From contig JAMWBK010000005.1 in the NCBI GenBank assembly GCA_029953675.1, positions 434,001 to 498,000 of the forward strand: a DNA stretch of 64,000 bases. The letters are read 5' to 3'. Below are positions 33,575 through 47,140 of the stretch, in pieces. A program made the translations under genes and the position numbers. Each line of letters begins with the position of its first letter. The stretch's first letter is position 1. The DNA comes from Rhodosorus marinus CCMP1338. Lineage: Eukaryota; Plantae; Rhodophyta. The notes beneath the pieces are model-generated. The model was not told where the DNA came from, searched no databases, and saw only the letters and a list, made by a program, of their open reading frames with translations.

Positions 33575-35197
33575 ATGGGGCGCTTTGTTTTCGGAAGTTT
33601 GTCGGAGACGGGGTTGCGCAGGTGGTTGATCTTTTGTTTGCAGATTTTCGTTTTTCTTTTGGGGAGCGGAAGGGCTTCGAGGTATGATGTTGCTCACGAG
33701 TTCAGTCCCCCCGACCAGTGGGCACTCGCTGAGGGGGGGGTATACGCATCTCGGGACCCGGGGCGTCCAGGGAAAGCGGGTCGATCTGAGATTCTCATAG
33801 ACCTTACGTTTGAGAGGACGACGGCAGATCAGGAGGCTTCTATGGAGATTATTCTGGTTCGCCCTGAGCAGGAGAAAATGCTTGGCTTTACGGATCTGGA
33901 TACGAGTGAAACCTTCTTTTGTTGCACAAAGGACCTGCTTGACAAAAGGGCACCCGGGTGTAGTGAGGTTGGAAAGATCATTTACAATCGACCAAGAACG
34001 CTCAAGTCGAGCCCGCTTAAAGACGGCATGTTCACGGAGCCGCTGAACCCCGAAGTATTAACTTTCAAGAAGAGAGAGAAGGTCACCATCTTTAATGAAT
34101 CTATGCTTATCCACAGAACGGGGATATACCAAGTGCTGTTTTCCACATGCGACGAAAACCTTGGAAACGTTTCTGCAACGGGGAATGTAGCTTTTCGCAA
34201 CCCCTACGGCTATCTACCTGGTCAGCTGTACGGATCTATACCTTTTTACCGAGTTCTGAGTGTGGCCTACGCTGTGGTAACTCTTCTGGTGAGTTCAAAG
34301 CACGTGAATGAAATATTACTTTAGCCGCTTTGTTCCTTGATGTCTTACGTCTCAGTCCAAACTCTGTTTTCGCCTCCCGCACAGTGGCTATTGGTATTCT
34401 TCAGGTATAGACGTGTGTCCCTGCCTATTCATCGGTACATGTCGATCGCTCTCATACTGGGTTTGGCGGAGAGCATTGTTAATGCGTGGAATTATACGGA
34501 GCTGAACGTTACTGGTAGACCTGTCTGCTGCCCAGTTTTTCCTGGGATAGTTGCCGCGGCTATTCTGTCTGTGCTCAAGACGGTCCCCTCCAAAGTGTTG
34601 GTTCTTCTCATTTGTATGGGTTGGACCATTGTCTATGCCTCACTGGACAGGATCAAGAGGACGTGGGTTGTGATCTATGCGTTTACAATTTTTGTGCTGT
34701 CGTTTTTGCATCAACTCGCGGTCCTGACTTCACATCATGAAACAGTGTCACTCAAAGTATTTGTGAGCTTGCCCATGTACGTTTTGGATTTGGTTTACAC
34801 GGTATGGGTCTTCCTGGAGCTGAGAAAAACGAGGAACTACCTGAAGGACCGGGGAGCTACCGAGAAGAACATTCTTTATCGGCGCTTCAAGAACGCACTC
34901 TTGGGCTTCGTCGTTGGAATTTTAGTCTGGGGAGTTTTCGCCGTCGTTAACAGCTTGCGAAGTACCACCGCGGATCGCTGGCGATTCGTCAACTGGAAGT
35001 TGTACTGGATGGTGGGAGGAGTTCCGCCGGGTGGTGTTATGTGGGACTTGATGTACTTCCTACTTCTTCTTGTCATAATTTCAATCTTCTTTCCGGGCGA
35101 GAAAACTTCAAACTACGTTTACAGACCCGAGGACGATCTCAACGTAAATGCAGCCTTGGTATCCGGAACAGGGCGCGATAGTGACGATGACCCGTGA
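33575..35197 (+). CDS. GOST/lung seven-transmembrane receptor family protein (TMEM87/GPR107-like), 2 exons
   Basis: Signal peptide, luminal domain (FCCTKDL...C, RTGIYQVLFSTCD), FRNPYGYLPG motif, then multiple TM helices (LPIHRYM, LLICMGW). Intron 34289-34384. Confidence 0.9.
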
Positions 35198-36179
35198 AAA
35201 CGACACAGCTGTAAAGATGAACTGGCGTATCAGGAAACGGAAAAGAAAAAACCAAGCAAAGACTAAGGATACCGGAGAACGTGCGGCGGAGGAGAGTCTT
35301 CCCTGCCCATAACCTTATCCTCGGGATCGCCTTGCGCAGTAGCCACGCAGATTGGAGGGATGCAAGTCGAGGTAGCACTCTCCAACGCAGCTGCTTCTAC
35401 AGCAAGACCTACATCTACGCCAACATTAGCGGAATAAGTGCAGACAATGTCAAACATCGTTCCTCGTCTCGGTTATCCTAACCGAGACCCAGTCAAAATG
35501 TGCTATGCGACACTTCGTATGTGTTAATTGGCGAGCCGAGAAAAGCAATTCGTTGACTTTCCTAATAGAGTTCTATTACAATTTAGATGAATACAAAGAA
35601 TAACTTATTGGTATTCGTCAAATTGAGAAATGTATCTAGATTTTATTGGTTTAAATAGGATGATTTGAAAACAAAATAGATGGACCATGAGAGGCCATAT
35701 ACAATAAAGGTCCAAATTCGAGGATTCGAAATTGTCTTGTGATCTGCAAGCGATTGCCAAAAAAAGTAGCAAGTTTCCTTGAGATGGATAGAGAGAAATT
35801 CCGCTTGGGGTTAAATTGGTTCATGCAGTTTCCAACTAGGTTGAGCGTATTAATATAACCTGACGGATGGCTAGAGGAGAGGCACAGTTGGGTGAAGATG
35901 GCTGGCTGAGGATGACGAAGGGTTCAGCACATGTGGGTTCAGCGCTGTAGATGTAGGGACATCTACGAAGCCCATTTTGTCGAGCCTCCCACAGGATGTC
36001 GGATGCAGAACATGTGGGTGATAGGGGTCCCAGTAGCGAGGACAGACGTGACACGATGCAACCTGAACAAAAACGTGAAACTGGAATGACGCCCCTCTCC
36101 TCCCTGTTGTTATCGGCAGACGAGCTGTGAGGTAACGCGTAGATTATGTAGGAGATCTTGAACCAAGAGGAGGAGGACA

Positions 36180-36700
36180 CATCGTTCTGCATGGCAATGA
36201 AGAGGTGAACTACTCGGAGGACCAGCTGGCCAGATTGCATTAGGCATTCGGCAACCCGCCAAGGGAAAACCTGGTTAAAAGTTCTCGGCGGCACTGGTGA
36301 AGAAAACAGGATCCTACCCTACCGAGTGGGCGAACAGACAACGAAGAGATGCGAGGTATGCCAGGGTTTTGTCAAGAAACATTTGCTCCCAAAAGCAATA
36401 ATTATGGATGATGTCATGCTGGGATATATGGTTCAGCTGGACGTGTTCTTCGTTGATGGTGAAATGTTCCTGCACATGGCTGATGAGGGAACGCGGTTCG
36501 GAAGGGACAAAAAGGTTAATAACCAAACGGAGCTCGGAAACCCCTGGCATACCTCGCATCTCTTCGTCGTCTGTTCGACCGACGCCTGCAGAGTAGCATC
36601 CTTTTTTTCACCAGTGCTGCCGAACAAATTTAACCAGCTTTTCCGTTGCGAAAGGTTTCTTGCCGAAAACCCTGCCTTACAACGCATGTCGACCTAAAAT
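36180..36700 (+). mobile_element. decayed Ty1/Copia gag-pre-integrase/integrase relic with an inverted duplicate
   Basis: LARLH*AFGNP (LH..FGH), CEVCQ zinc knuckle, and VQLDVFFVDGEMFLHMADEGTRF (integrase first Asp region). 36331-36366 recurs inverted at 36542-36577. Confidence 0.7.
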
Positions 36701-37710
36701 ACCAGAAATACAAAGTCCTTTAAAAAAAGAAGCAAATCCGTTGGGGTAAAACTGTCCCATCGGGACACTTTGTCCCCCCGAAATGTGATTTCGTCGTCGT
36801 CCCATTGGAATTTTTTTTAATGAATTCCCTGTTTTTAGCGAGGACAGAATAAAAATAGTATTTCAATGTGAATTCGACTTTACAAAGAGACTGGCTCAAC
36901 CTCACTTCCAACCGAGAACGAAAAGACCTCGGCTTCAGGATGACGGCAGCGTTACTACGCTATACCGCTGCCGAGATGAGCACTGCATACGTACGCGCCA
37001 AGTGGGTCGGGACGCTCAATAAAAGCTCTCCCGCAGCCAAACAGCACCGGCACCGGAAGCCGTCGAGCTTCTGCTGGAGTACCAAAGCGATGTGCAGCGG
37101 GGACTGGAATTCAGAATTCTGAACGGCATCCGCGTACACAGCTTCTTTGTGTGAACGCATAGCCTTCGTAGTGGCCCGCAGCCGACGAGAAGAAGCGGCC
37201 AACAAAGAGTGTGAACGTTGTTTGTGCGCCGTCTTTTTGGGGGTTTTTAACAGCGGTTTGGCGGGACACTCGTAACAAGCAATGGCAAAGATACGGCTCA
37301 GGATCACTGGCACGTCAGGCGCCAAGAGGCACAAGCAGCAGCGTACGTAATTGAGCAACTTTCTATAGATCTAATACGCTCAGTCTGTCTTTATCTCCAC
37401 AACCGCTGTCACCATCAGACCTCGTAGAATGGGTTCATCCAGGTCTGTCTATTTCACCCCGAATTGTTAGCCTCCGCCAAAAGTGAACGTTTATAGAAGT
37501 TTAGATCTTGACGTTTAGGAACAGGGAGGGAGGAGGGAGGAGGGAGGAGGGTAAGACTAGGTTTGGGCTTAGTGTGGAGAAGATGAAGTCTAGAGAGTTT
37601 CATCTTGTCTGTTAAGGTTTTGCTTTGATCGTTTGGGTTTGGCGCAAGAAGAAGAGAAAATTTTGTTGGTTTGTTTTGTGTTTTTTGGACGTTGATTGGA
37701 GTTGACGAAG

Positions 37711-40289
37711 ATGGCTGTTGGTAAGTTTTGTTTGACGAGTTGTAGTAGATGAAAGGTAGAGTTTCTGGATTTGGTATTAGGGACTGAAGGATGGTTTGAT
37801 TTTGTAATTTCTTTGTTTAGATTCGGAGAAGAAGAAGAAGAAGTCCGGCGGTGGATCGAAGGACAAGTCTGTGAAAGATGGTGGGGGAGGTGGAGGCAAG
37901 GACAAGCCAGCGAAGGGCGGAAAGGATGTGAAGGAGAAGAATTCTGGGAAGGACAAGGGTGGTCCCGGTGAAAATGGTAAGGGGAAGGGTGCTGGAGCGA
38001 AGGATAAGAAGGGAAAAGCTGGAGCTCCGAGTTCTTCTACGGCGAATGCTCCGGACAAAAAACCCAAAAAGAAGAAGGGTGCCAAGGTGATCAAGAAGGT
38101 GGAGGAGGATTTCTACGAGGGGATCGACATGCCCCCTTCGGAGAGCGAAGAAGAATATGAAAAGGAAGAAGTCGAGAAAAACCAGGAGATCGACGTGGAC
38201 ACCCCGCGCGATTACTCTAAAAAGGACGTGAAGAAAGCCAAGAAGATAGAACAACAGCAAGGTACGCGCGAATTTAATTTTCTTGCAATCTATATAGGCA
38301 AACCGATGGGATCCTATTCTTACCCTCGCTTCTTCGATCGATCGTTTTGTGCTCGCCTTACTTAGCTTATGCAGCCGATGCGGCAAAGCGAGAAGCTTAT
38401 TTGGATGACTCCCTGGTTTTCTCGGTGACTGTTGCCGGAGCGGCAGATGGCAAGTCATCGACTGCGGACGCGAACGCACGGGACATAAAAGTCAGCAATT
38501 TCTCAGTTTCTGCGAAGAAGAAGGAGCTTTTCTTGAATACCAACATGACGATCGCGTTTGGTAGAAGATATGGCCTTGTTGGACCGAATGGTGAGCAAGC
38601 AGAGACAGATGAAATACGAGTCACGGCTGTTTGTCCAAGTGCTGAACATGCTAAAGCGCTTTCCCCCCCGAATTAGGTACTGGCAAAACTACAGTAATGA
38701 AGCTCATCTCTCGTAGAATGTTGCCAGTTCCAGATAACTTGGACGTGCTTTTGGTGGAGCAGGAGGTTATTGGCGATGAACGGAGTGCCTTGGAGGCAGT
38801 CATGCAAGCGGATGAAAAATTGACGTCACTGAAAGAGGAGGAAGAAATGCTTTCAAAGCTGACGTTGGAGGATCCCGTTGACGAGGACGAAGAGGATGGC
38901 GAGGATTCCGATGGAGAAGGCAAAGAGGACAGTGCTCTACAGACAGCCATGCGGTTACAGGAAATCCAAGAACAGATCGAAGAGATAGGTGGCTCTACGG
39001 CAATTTCTCGAGCAGCCAAGATTCTTGCAGGATTGGGCTTCTCTCCTGACATGCAGAAGCGGGCTACCCAGTCGTTCTCGGGCGGATGGAGAATGAGAAT
39101 CTCGTTGGCAAGAGCTCTGTTTATGCTTCCTACAGTGCTCCTCTTGGATGAGCCCACAAACCATCTGGACCTGAGAGCTGTTCTGTGGCTGGAAGAGTAC
39201 TTGTTGCGTTGGAAAAAGACGCTGGTGGTTGTTTCCCATGACCGTGACTTTTTAAATACCGTGTCAACCGATATCATACACCTGCATGAGAAGAAGCTAT
39301 GGCAGTACAAGGGCAACTTCGATTCCTTTGAGAAGATGTTCGAGCAGAAACGCCGTGAGCAGAACAAGATGTATGACAAATATGTCTCCGAGATGAAGAA
39401 GGCGAAGACGAGTAAGGCTGCGCAGGACAAGGCGAGGGAAAAGGCCAAAATGGACAAGGAACGTCGCGCGAAGAGGTCCGGTAGAAAGGCAGTTGCGGAT
39501 GAAGAGGACGAACAGCAGCGAGCGGAAGTTGTTTCCAAATGGAAAGACTACAACGTGAACTTTGCGTTCCCGGAACCAACTGAACTCGGACATCCGCTGC
39601 TGCAGCTCGTAGACGTAGAATTTGAATACCCTAGTCGCCCGGATTTCAAGCTGGCCAAGGTGAACGTGGGAGTAGGTATGGGCACCCGAGCAGCGATTGT
39701 GGGTCCAAATGGTGCGGGGAAGACGACGTTTATCAACCTTCTCGCTGGCGAGCTCTCCCCGACCAGTGGAGAGTTCAGAAAAAAGCCCAAGCTGCGTGTT
39801 GGTAGATACTCTCAACATTTCGTCGAAGTACTGAACATGGAAAGCAACCCAGTTTTCTACCTTCAGTCGCTCTACCCAGAGGAGTTTGCCGGATCCAAGG
39901 GTCAGCAGATGCTGCGAGGAAGGCTCGGTCGTTTTGGCCTTGCCGGGGAGCACCACATGACTCCTATCGCGAAACTATCGGGAGGGCAAAAGGCTAGAGT
40001 TGTCTTCACCATGATTGCCTTGATGCAGCCACATCTGCTTCTTTTGGATGAGCCCACGAATAATTTGGATATGGAGAGCATTGACGCCTTGGGTGATGCC
40101 GTCGCCGAGTTTTCAGGGGGAGTGGTGATCATTAGTCACGACTCGAGACTCGTTTCGAGGGTCTGCGAGGACGAAATGACTGCACAGCTATGGGTTGTGG
40201 ACAACGGCACTGTCGAGGTATACGACGGAACTTTCGAAGACTACCGAGATGAAACAATAGAGGAGATCGTTGGGGAAATGGAGGAGTAG
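37711..40289 (+). CDS. ABC-F family translation factor (ABCF1-like), 4 exons
   Basis: Lys/Glu-rich N-terminus and two NBDs with no TM domain: [11 protein letters not shown]|[53 protein letters not shown]. Confidence 0.95.
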
Positions 40290-40469
40290 AATCCTGCTCC
40301 CACCGCAAATAGCGACGAGGGGCGTGCGTCTCGCTCAAAATAGATTCTTGCGTAAAGGTGCTACGAGTACCTATTTAGAACTCGTCTCATGTACAAATAC
40401 ATCCTAATATTGTCCCTTCCCAAGTTAAAAACCTGCGCTTCTAAATCTTGCCCTTGGGCCGGTGGGCCC

Positions 40470-42658
40470 CTATCCGTGCCCCTCCCGCCTCAAGTTAATT
40501 ACCTCACCAAATAAGCCACGAACTTTCTTGCGGAAGCTGACCATCACCACTCCAATCCCTTGAGCCTGCATAGCTTTCACCAGAGTCACCTCTGATTCCT
40601 CATCCAAACAGCTCGTGGCTTCGTCCAGAACAGCAAATGTTGGCTGGTGGTATAGAACCCGTGCTAACGCCAGCCTTTGCTGCTCTCCCGCTGAAAGTAT
40701 TCTGTACCAATCCACTTCGTCCTGCACATTCATCCGACAAGTGGCGAGTTAGCCGACTCCCAAACAGATGGTTGAGGTCAGGTGACGCCTTGAGCCGCAA
40801 AGTAAGGCTAAGGTTACTTCAGCAACGAGTCGTCTTACCTGAAGTTTGAATCTATCGAGAAGGTACTCCAGTCCGACCCTTCCGAGTATAATCTCAGTCT
40901 CGTCCTCTGCTTTAGTGGTCGAAGCGGTGTCAGGATATGCTACCTGCTCAAGTAGTGGTCTCGAGAACGGGAGGTAGGGTTGCCCGGTGAGGAACATAAT
41001 CGAGCTGGAGTGACTGTCCGCGTAAGGGTCGCAGCTTCCGACAATGGGGGGGCGCTCCAGTACTCCATGAGCTGGCCAAAGCGCTCGAATTCGACGAAGA
41101 AGCGTAGTTTTTCCTGATGCGTTCGGTCCTGCGATCAGAAGAGAACTCTTCGGCACGAGCCGGATATCGGTCGATGAGGACCGGTAGTTGAGACCGTCTG
41201 TCCTTGTTACAGGGTTGTCATCCACAGACGTCACAGAGTCAAGGAATTTCCCAATCCTCCAAGCCTGAGCAGCCAAGTTGGAGGCTGGAGAGTTCAGGTT
41301 GATGACGATCGTCAAGGACGTCAGCAGTGAGATGAAAATTCCTCCCGTCTGGGCGATCCACTTGGCCTGACACACAACGAGGAGCTCAGAAAGGTATGAA
41401 GACTTGAGGACGCGGAATTCCACCGGCCAGTAGTCTTTGTGAACCCAATCGAACCTTCTCAGATGGGTCCGAGTAGAATCCATTCTCTTCACCAGCGCCG
41501 CTGAAGACTGCCACTCCAAGAGCCGAGTACATGACAAATGAAAGGAAATACATGAAAAAGTTGTCCACGCTGTTCAACGACGTTCTCCAGGCGATAACCC
41601 TGTACATGTTCTGGACCGCTGAAGTTACGCAGCTGTTCAAATAGTCCTTTTCAAAGCCACCGGGGCCATTGAACGCCATATCTTCACAGCGGTGCTTCAC
41701 TTCCACATGACTGCTTCGAAAAGTTGCCTCCTTGAAGCGGCCCAAAGAAAGAAGCAGAGAAGCTCAGTGAGAAAAATCGTGACTCGAGGAGAAGCCCTAA
41801 AAGTAGTAACGTTCCTACCAAAGCTTCCTGAACAACAACCAGACTCGACGTTCTGTTGACAAGAAAGTAACCAACAAAGGCGACCACTGCCGTCCATCCG
41901 TAGGCGAAAAGAACAGAAACCCAGCCGGTCCTCTTGTACGTCTGGAACGAATACCAGCTAAGGGTGATCACGGCTTCTAAAATTCCTCCACCGAGGTCAC
42001 CAATACCATCGGTTCCGCTGCTTCCATACCCACCAGCTATGATTCCAGCCAGCGTAAACGGGAACGTCCTAGCGTCATCAACAATCCGTTGATCCGGATT
42101 GTCTACCCTACCATCTCGACAGACTTGATAGCAAGGTGGGACGTCGCCGCTCCTAAAAATGAACAGTAGGTTTGTTGCTTTAAGCGAACCATTGACCACC
42201 TCACGGGCTGATGAGGATGCGTCGTTTCACGACTTAACCTCAAGTACTCCTTGTGGAGATAAAGAGTTAAACAATTTCTCCAGCGGTTTGCTGCTACGTC
42301 TCTGCTGAAACCTATCATCGATCTGGCAATCACCGTCTTCGAAACGGAGTCCGGAAGGTTGTGTCAACGAGGAATGCTTGTCTTGCGATCGCGAGAATGG
42401 AAGCAGTGTTCTTACCGCTAGAGTTGTGAAGAACAGTTTCGTCATGGCTCTTCTGAAAGCTGAAGTATCATCATTGATCAGTGCCTGGTAGATCTCACCG
42501 GGAACGAGAAGCATAAGATAGCCGAACATGACATACAAGATCACGAACGTCGTGATCCCCAGTATCGATATCCAATCTAGCAAACTCCCATTCTGGCATT
42601 GGGAGCATAATCGAAAAATTGTTCCTATCAAAGACCAGCTCAGCTTCCCAGAGTCCAT
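40470..42658 (-). CDS. ABC-D family half transporter, multi-exon
   Basis: TM region with VDNPDQRIVDDA motif, Walker A GPNASGKTT, QPYLP, LSAGEQQRLALARVLYHQPTFAVLDEATSCLD. Confidence 0.9.
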
Positions 42659-43883
42659 CTCAAAACTCCAGCGAAAAGAATGCTGATCCACACGGCAGTC
42701 GGATCCTTCAAGATTCACATTTACATTTCACTCTATCGATCTCACTCAAAATTGTCGAGCGGCTTCAATATCCAACCTTCGCCAATAGTAAAGTACGACT
42801 GTCGTCGTCCAGACTACGCTAAACGTCAAGCTGGTTCCGGAAACAATCAATTCTGTGAAAAGTCAAGAGACGTTGGTTACGCTATCTGGAAACAGTTCTT
42901 CTTTGTCGTCTTCATCAGGTTTTCGCAACTGAAGTCCACGTCAACGAAGGCGTTTTGCTCTAGTTGTGCTTCTTCACGTTTCCTTTTTGTGGATGGGATG
43001 TCTTGAGCGGATTCATCCTCCTCCGGGTGGTTAGGCTATGAACGAACGGACGATGAGAGAACAGTTTAGAAAAGGCTGTCGCGATCTAGTACTAGGTTAT
43101 GCTCATATTCTTCGTCCAGGTGAAGATAGATAGTCTTTTCCACGAGGGGTTGTAGCGGTTCTGATCGCGAGGCCAACTCCCTTGTTCGGGTGATAGAAGA
43201 GAAGCAGTGTGAAGCAACGGTCATTGTCTTCACTTGGAACGGAGTTGTTGGGGGTCGTCGCGAAGTCAACGCCCACCGTCGTGGAAGCGAGTAGCTTTCT
43301 TCTTTTGCTAGAAGAGTTTCCAGCTTTTTCTCTCTCGCTTGAGTCCCTCCTAGCAGGCCGCTAGGCTTTTTTCTGGTGCGTCGTCGGCATCTTCATGGTG
43401 TCCCAGCGAGGGGAAACTTTCATGGCCTCTCTGCGTCAAGGGAACGGTAGAACTCGGTAAAGGATTGATCAGAAAGAAGAGATGCAAAGCAGCCTGAGTA
43501 GCTCTGTCATCAGCACGCGTTGGTGTATCGGAGGGTAGCCTTGGGGGTACTGCCAAGCAACAGGTCAAGAACGAGTTTGGGCAGGCTTATGTTCGTCGCA
43601 GATGCGAGGCTCGGCAGTAGTTGTTCATCAAGCTGTAATTGTCAGGTATGTAAATCTGAAGGTGATGGACAAGAGGGGAAGGAGAGGAAGGAGAGGAAGG
43701 AGTGTGGAATAGTGTCTGGGATCTTGTTCTTAAAAGGAAATACACGAACCAGGGTTTTTCTTTTGTTGACGAATGAAGATCGATCGGAATTTTGACTTTT
43801 TTCGGTTTGGGTTGGAGTTGTTTGGAGAGGTGTTTGGGTGAGTACCGGGGGAAGGCCAAGCATTGGATTTGAAGTGGAAGCGA

Positions 43884-44774
43884 ATGACAGAGGAAGGATC
43901 GAGTGGAAAGCGAAAGCCTGAGAAGCGCGGAGGACGCGGAAAGAGAGTGAGTTTGAAGGAGGATGAGGAGAAGAGACTTTTTGGAAATTATTCTGGATAC
44001 AAGAGGAGACGAACGGGGAGAGATTCTGATGTAGATCGGCGTATTGAACTGTTCAAGAGGGAATGGTTTGCGGGGAAAGATGTGGTGGACTTGGGATGCA
44101 ACGACGGGGCTGTGCTTATCGAGATCGCCTCCAAGCATTCGATAAAGTCCGGAATTGGTGTGGAAATCGATGAAAAGTTGATTCTTCGAGGTCGTGATGC
44201 GCTTCGTAAGGAGGTATCAAAGCGAAAACCGAGGAATACGACAACTCGAGGAGCGTATGATGCTGAAGTGGAAAAGATGAAGGGCTGGGTTCCGTTATCT
44301 TTTCGCTTGGCAGGAATGAAAGCGAAACCAACGAGCGACTCGATCGATGGCGAGGGTTATCCATTCAACATCACGTTCGTCTGTGAAGATATCCTGAACG
44401 AACGCGCGGGTTACCTCCCGGAGGACAGCTGCGACGTTGTTCTTCTATTAAGCGTAACCAAGTGGATCCAACTGCACGGAGGAGACAAGGCGCTGAAGTC
44501 ACTTTTCCACCGAATCTTTCGGGGCTTGAGAGAAGGAGGAATTTTAATCCTCGAGCCGCAGCCCTTTCACTCCTACAAGCGGAAGATCAAGCTGCACTCG
44601 CACCTCCGTGAGAACTACTCAAGAATTCGTTTAAAGCCGGAGAAATTTGTCAACTATTTAAAGAAGAAGGTGGGATTCGAGTCTTCTCAAGTGGTGAGGG
44701 ACCGTGAGGAAGGGGGAGGCCATCAATTCAACAGGGCGATATACTTGCTAAGGAAAGGGAAAAGCGCTCATTGA
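43884..44774 (+). CDS. Bin3/MEPCE-type RNA methylphosphate capping methyltransferase
   Basis: FGNYSGY, WFAGKDVVDLGCNDG, DVVLLLSVTKWIQLHGGD and GGILILEPQPFHSY are Bin3 family signatures. Confidence 0.93.
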   Translation: MTEEGSSGKRKPEKRGGRGKRVSLKEDEEKRLFGNYSGYKRRRTGRDSDVDRRIELFKREWFAGKDVVDLGCNDGAVLIEIASKHSIKSGIGVEIDEKLILRGRDALRKEVSKRKPRNTTTRGAYDAEVEKMKGWVPLSFRLAGMKAKPTSDSIDGEGYPFNITFVCEDILNERAGYLPEDSCDVVLLLSVTKWIQLHGGDKALKSLFHRIFRGLREGGILILEPQPFHSYKRKIKLHSHLRENYSRIRLKPEKFVNYLKKKVGFESSQVVRDREEGGGHQFNRAIYLLRKGKSAH

Positions 44775-45761
44775 AACTGGTTTTGAGGAGTAGGCGTAGT
44801 AGACTACCAGCTTGTGACTAGAGGTCAGTACGCCCTTGTGGGGATCCTGCACATTAAAAATTTGTTCTTGGACGACTCCAATTCTTCGAGCCTGGGTGAG
44901 ATTGACGCGCAATATGTCGCTGGCACAGATCAGTCAGCGTTGTCATCGAAATGTTTCAACTTCCGAAGAAACCAGCAACCTCCACTGACCAACCCCGGTC
45001 GAACACCTTCTCAGAGTCGTGATGGGCAGGAGGACCAAAATCGGAACTCGTCGTTCTCTCTATTGACAGATCGTTTAGAAGCGGTAATAGACAAATAATC
45101 CAGTCCGGACCCGAAAACAGCAAACCTCGTCTCTCTAGAGTTCAGACACCTCCCCATGACCAGAGAATCATTGAAGCGGGTGTGTCAACGACAGTTCATT
45201 CGAAGGTGCATGTGGTGACCCCCGAACGTGGGGGAGGCAGGCGCTCGTTCACGAAACAAATCTTCTTCTAAGCGTGATCTTAGAAAGAACATTCAGTCAA
45301 AGCAAAACATTTCTCTCTGGATATCAACGTTCTGGCGTACGACCACAGCGGTTGCATAATAGTCAGAGGTGTCGAAGACGGGTCCGGAAGACGGTCTTGT
45401 GGGACGGGACAGATCTCTCAAGGGTAGTGAACAACAAAGTACTCAGCCCCGACACGAGACCACCTCTCCAGGTTATCAGTGAGTATCGACGAACACTAAT
45501 TTAGAGTTTATGGAAAGGGAGGATTCCTATCTGGAAGACTTGTCCTCGTAGGAGGACATGCACTCTTAGTACAGGCCATAGATATAGTATCCAGTCCAAC
45601 AAACCAACAAGGAAATCGCTTCTCCGTCTAGATGTCAGTGTCGCTCATACGAGGACAGCTTCAGTAGTAGAAGCGGGTGAGCGTGGTGGTGAAGACAGTC
45701 TTCCTGCCAAATGGTTTGCTATGACGTGAGGACGAGAACTGTTCCAATCGATAAAGCTTTC

Positions 45762-45878
45762 GAGAGAGAGACAGAGAGAGAGATCGAGAGAGAAACCGAG
45801 AGAGATCGAGAGGGAAACAACCGAGACAGACGTAGAGAGAGATACAGAGAGAGACACACACAGACAGACAGACAGACA
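45762..45878. repeat. compound GA/GACA microsatellite
   Basis: Imperfect (GA)n, GAGATC and (GACA)n runs. Confidence 0.85.
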
Positions 45879-45954
45879 GTTTATCGGATAGACCAAATGA
45901 GGATATCTTCGTGAGGGGAGTCGAGCGTCAGATGTTTGTCTAAATGGAAAGAGG

Positions 45955-46872
45955 ATGAAGATTCGAATAGAGATTGAAGTAGGTGCTGATGAGCTGAATG
46001 AGGTATCGGATCTGGTTTCAAGTCTTGAGAAGATAGTTTCGAAAGCGAATGGTGGTGGTGATGGAGGTGGGAAGGGAGACCCGAGCTCGGGGGATAGAGT
46101 TTTCAAGGTCGAAGTGCGGGAGGGCTCATCTGAATGTCCGGCGAGGTCTGGAATCCGCCCGCGTATGACGCGTATTCAAGATGTGGAATCTTGTTTGAGG
46201 ACGCTCGACGAGAGTTTAATTGGGTAAGACTGGCATTAACAGGTTAAGCTGGACTCTCTAAACCTTACAGTTACCCTAACTCTGCCCAAATCTTGCCTGA
46301 TTGTGTACAACAATAGGAGCACTACTGAAGTAATAGGATGGTACCTTGACGAACACCCAGACGGATATGTAGACTTGCGCGATCTGTTGTTTTCTCTACT
46401 TTGGGACAATCGTGAGATCGAGGAACGACTACGGGGGCGCGGCATTCCTTCAAGAAACCTTTTGAAAGTTGTGCACCAGATCCGTCTGCCAGGACAAGAA
46501 GACAAAATGCAGCTCTTCAAGGATGTTATATCGACCTCCTTGAAGGGTCTGAAGGCGCCAGATGAGCATAGTGAACGAAGCCGTCTTCTGAGCTACGGTT
46601 ATTCAGAGACAATAGCTGAAATGGTGGCGCTTGACATGGCACCGGCTTCAGCTGCGATTAAGACAATCACAACCCTGCTCAAAAGCCCCAAGACTGGAAG
46701 ATCGGGTTTCGAACTGTTGGATCGAACTTTGTATATCTGTGGGGATAAGCTGCACGGCGTGGATATAGCAGAGCTCCAAGGCGTGCTTGACGTCTGCGGG
46801 GGAGGCTTACCATGGCAGAACAAATCGCGAGAATTCGCCGAGGACTTGATCGCCAAAGCCACATCGGAGTGA
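45955..46872 (+). CDS. hypothetical protein, 2 exons
   Basis: ORFs 45955-46227 and 46303-46872 join in frame through a GTAAGA...AATAG intron containing CTAAC (…ESLIG|STTEVIG…). Confidence 0.65.
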
Positions 46873-47140
46873 AAAGAATTGCAAAATGGGTGGCAGTACG
46901 ACGAAGATCTTGACCCCACCCTCAAGACCTTACTGGCCCCTGCCTCTTTAGTCTACGGTTGTTCTCGGTGAAAGCTTGCTGATACCGGCGCTCGACACTT
47001 TTTGTATTATAAACGTTCGTCTTATGGAGAAACAAAGCGGAGGAGAGCGACCTCCGGGTTTCGTTAAATAGATGAATTACGTCGTCAGCCACGGGATTAG
47101 CACAGAAGGTTCCTGATCCAGCTAGATCAGAGAGTTTTGT

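Noticed and set aside
40289-40470. Adjacent convergent ABCF and ABCD genes as a functional ABC cluster
   Set aside because: Different subfamilies and functions with no sign of local duplication; adjacency is probably coincidental.
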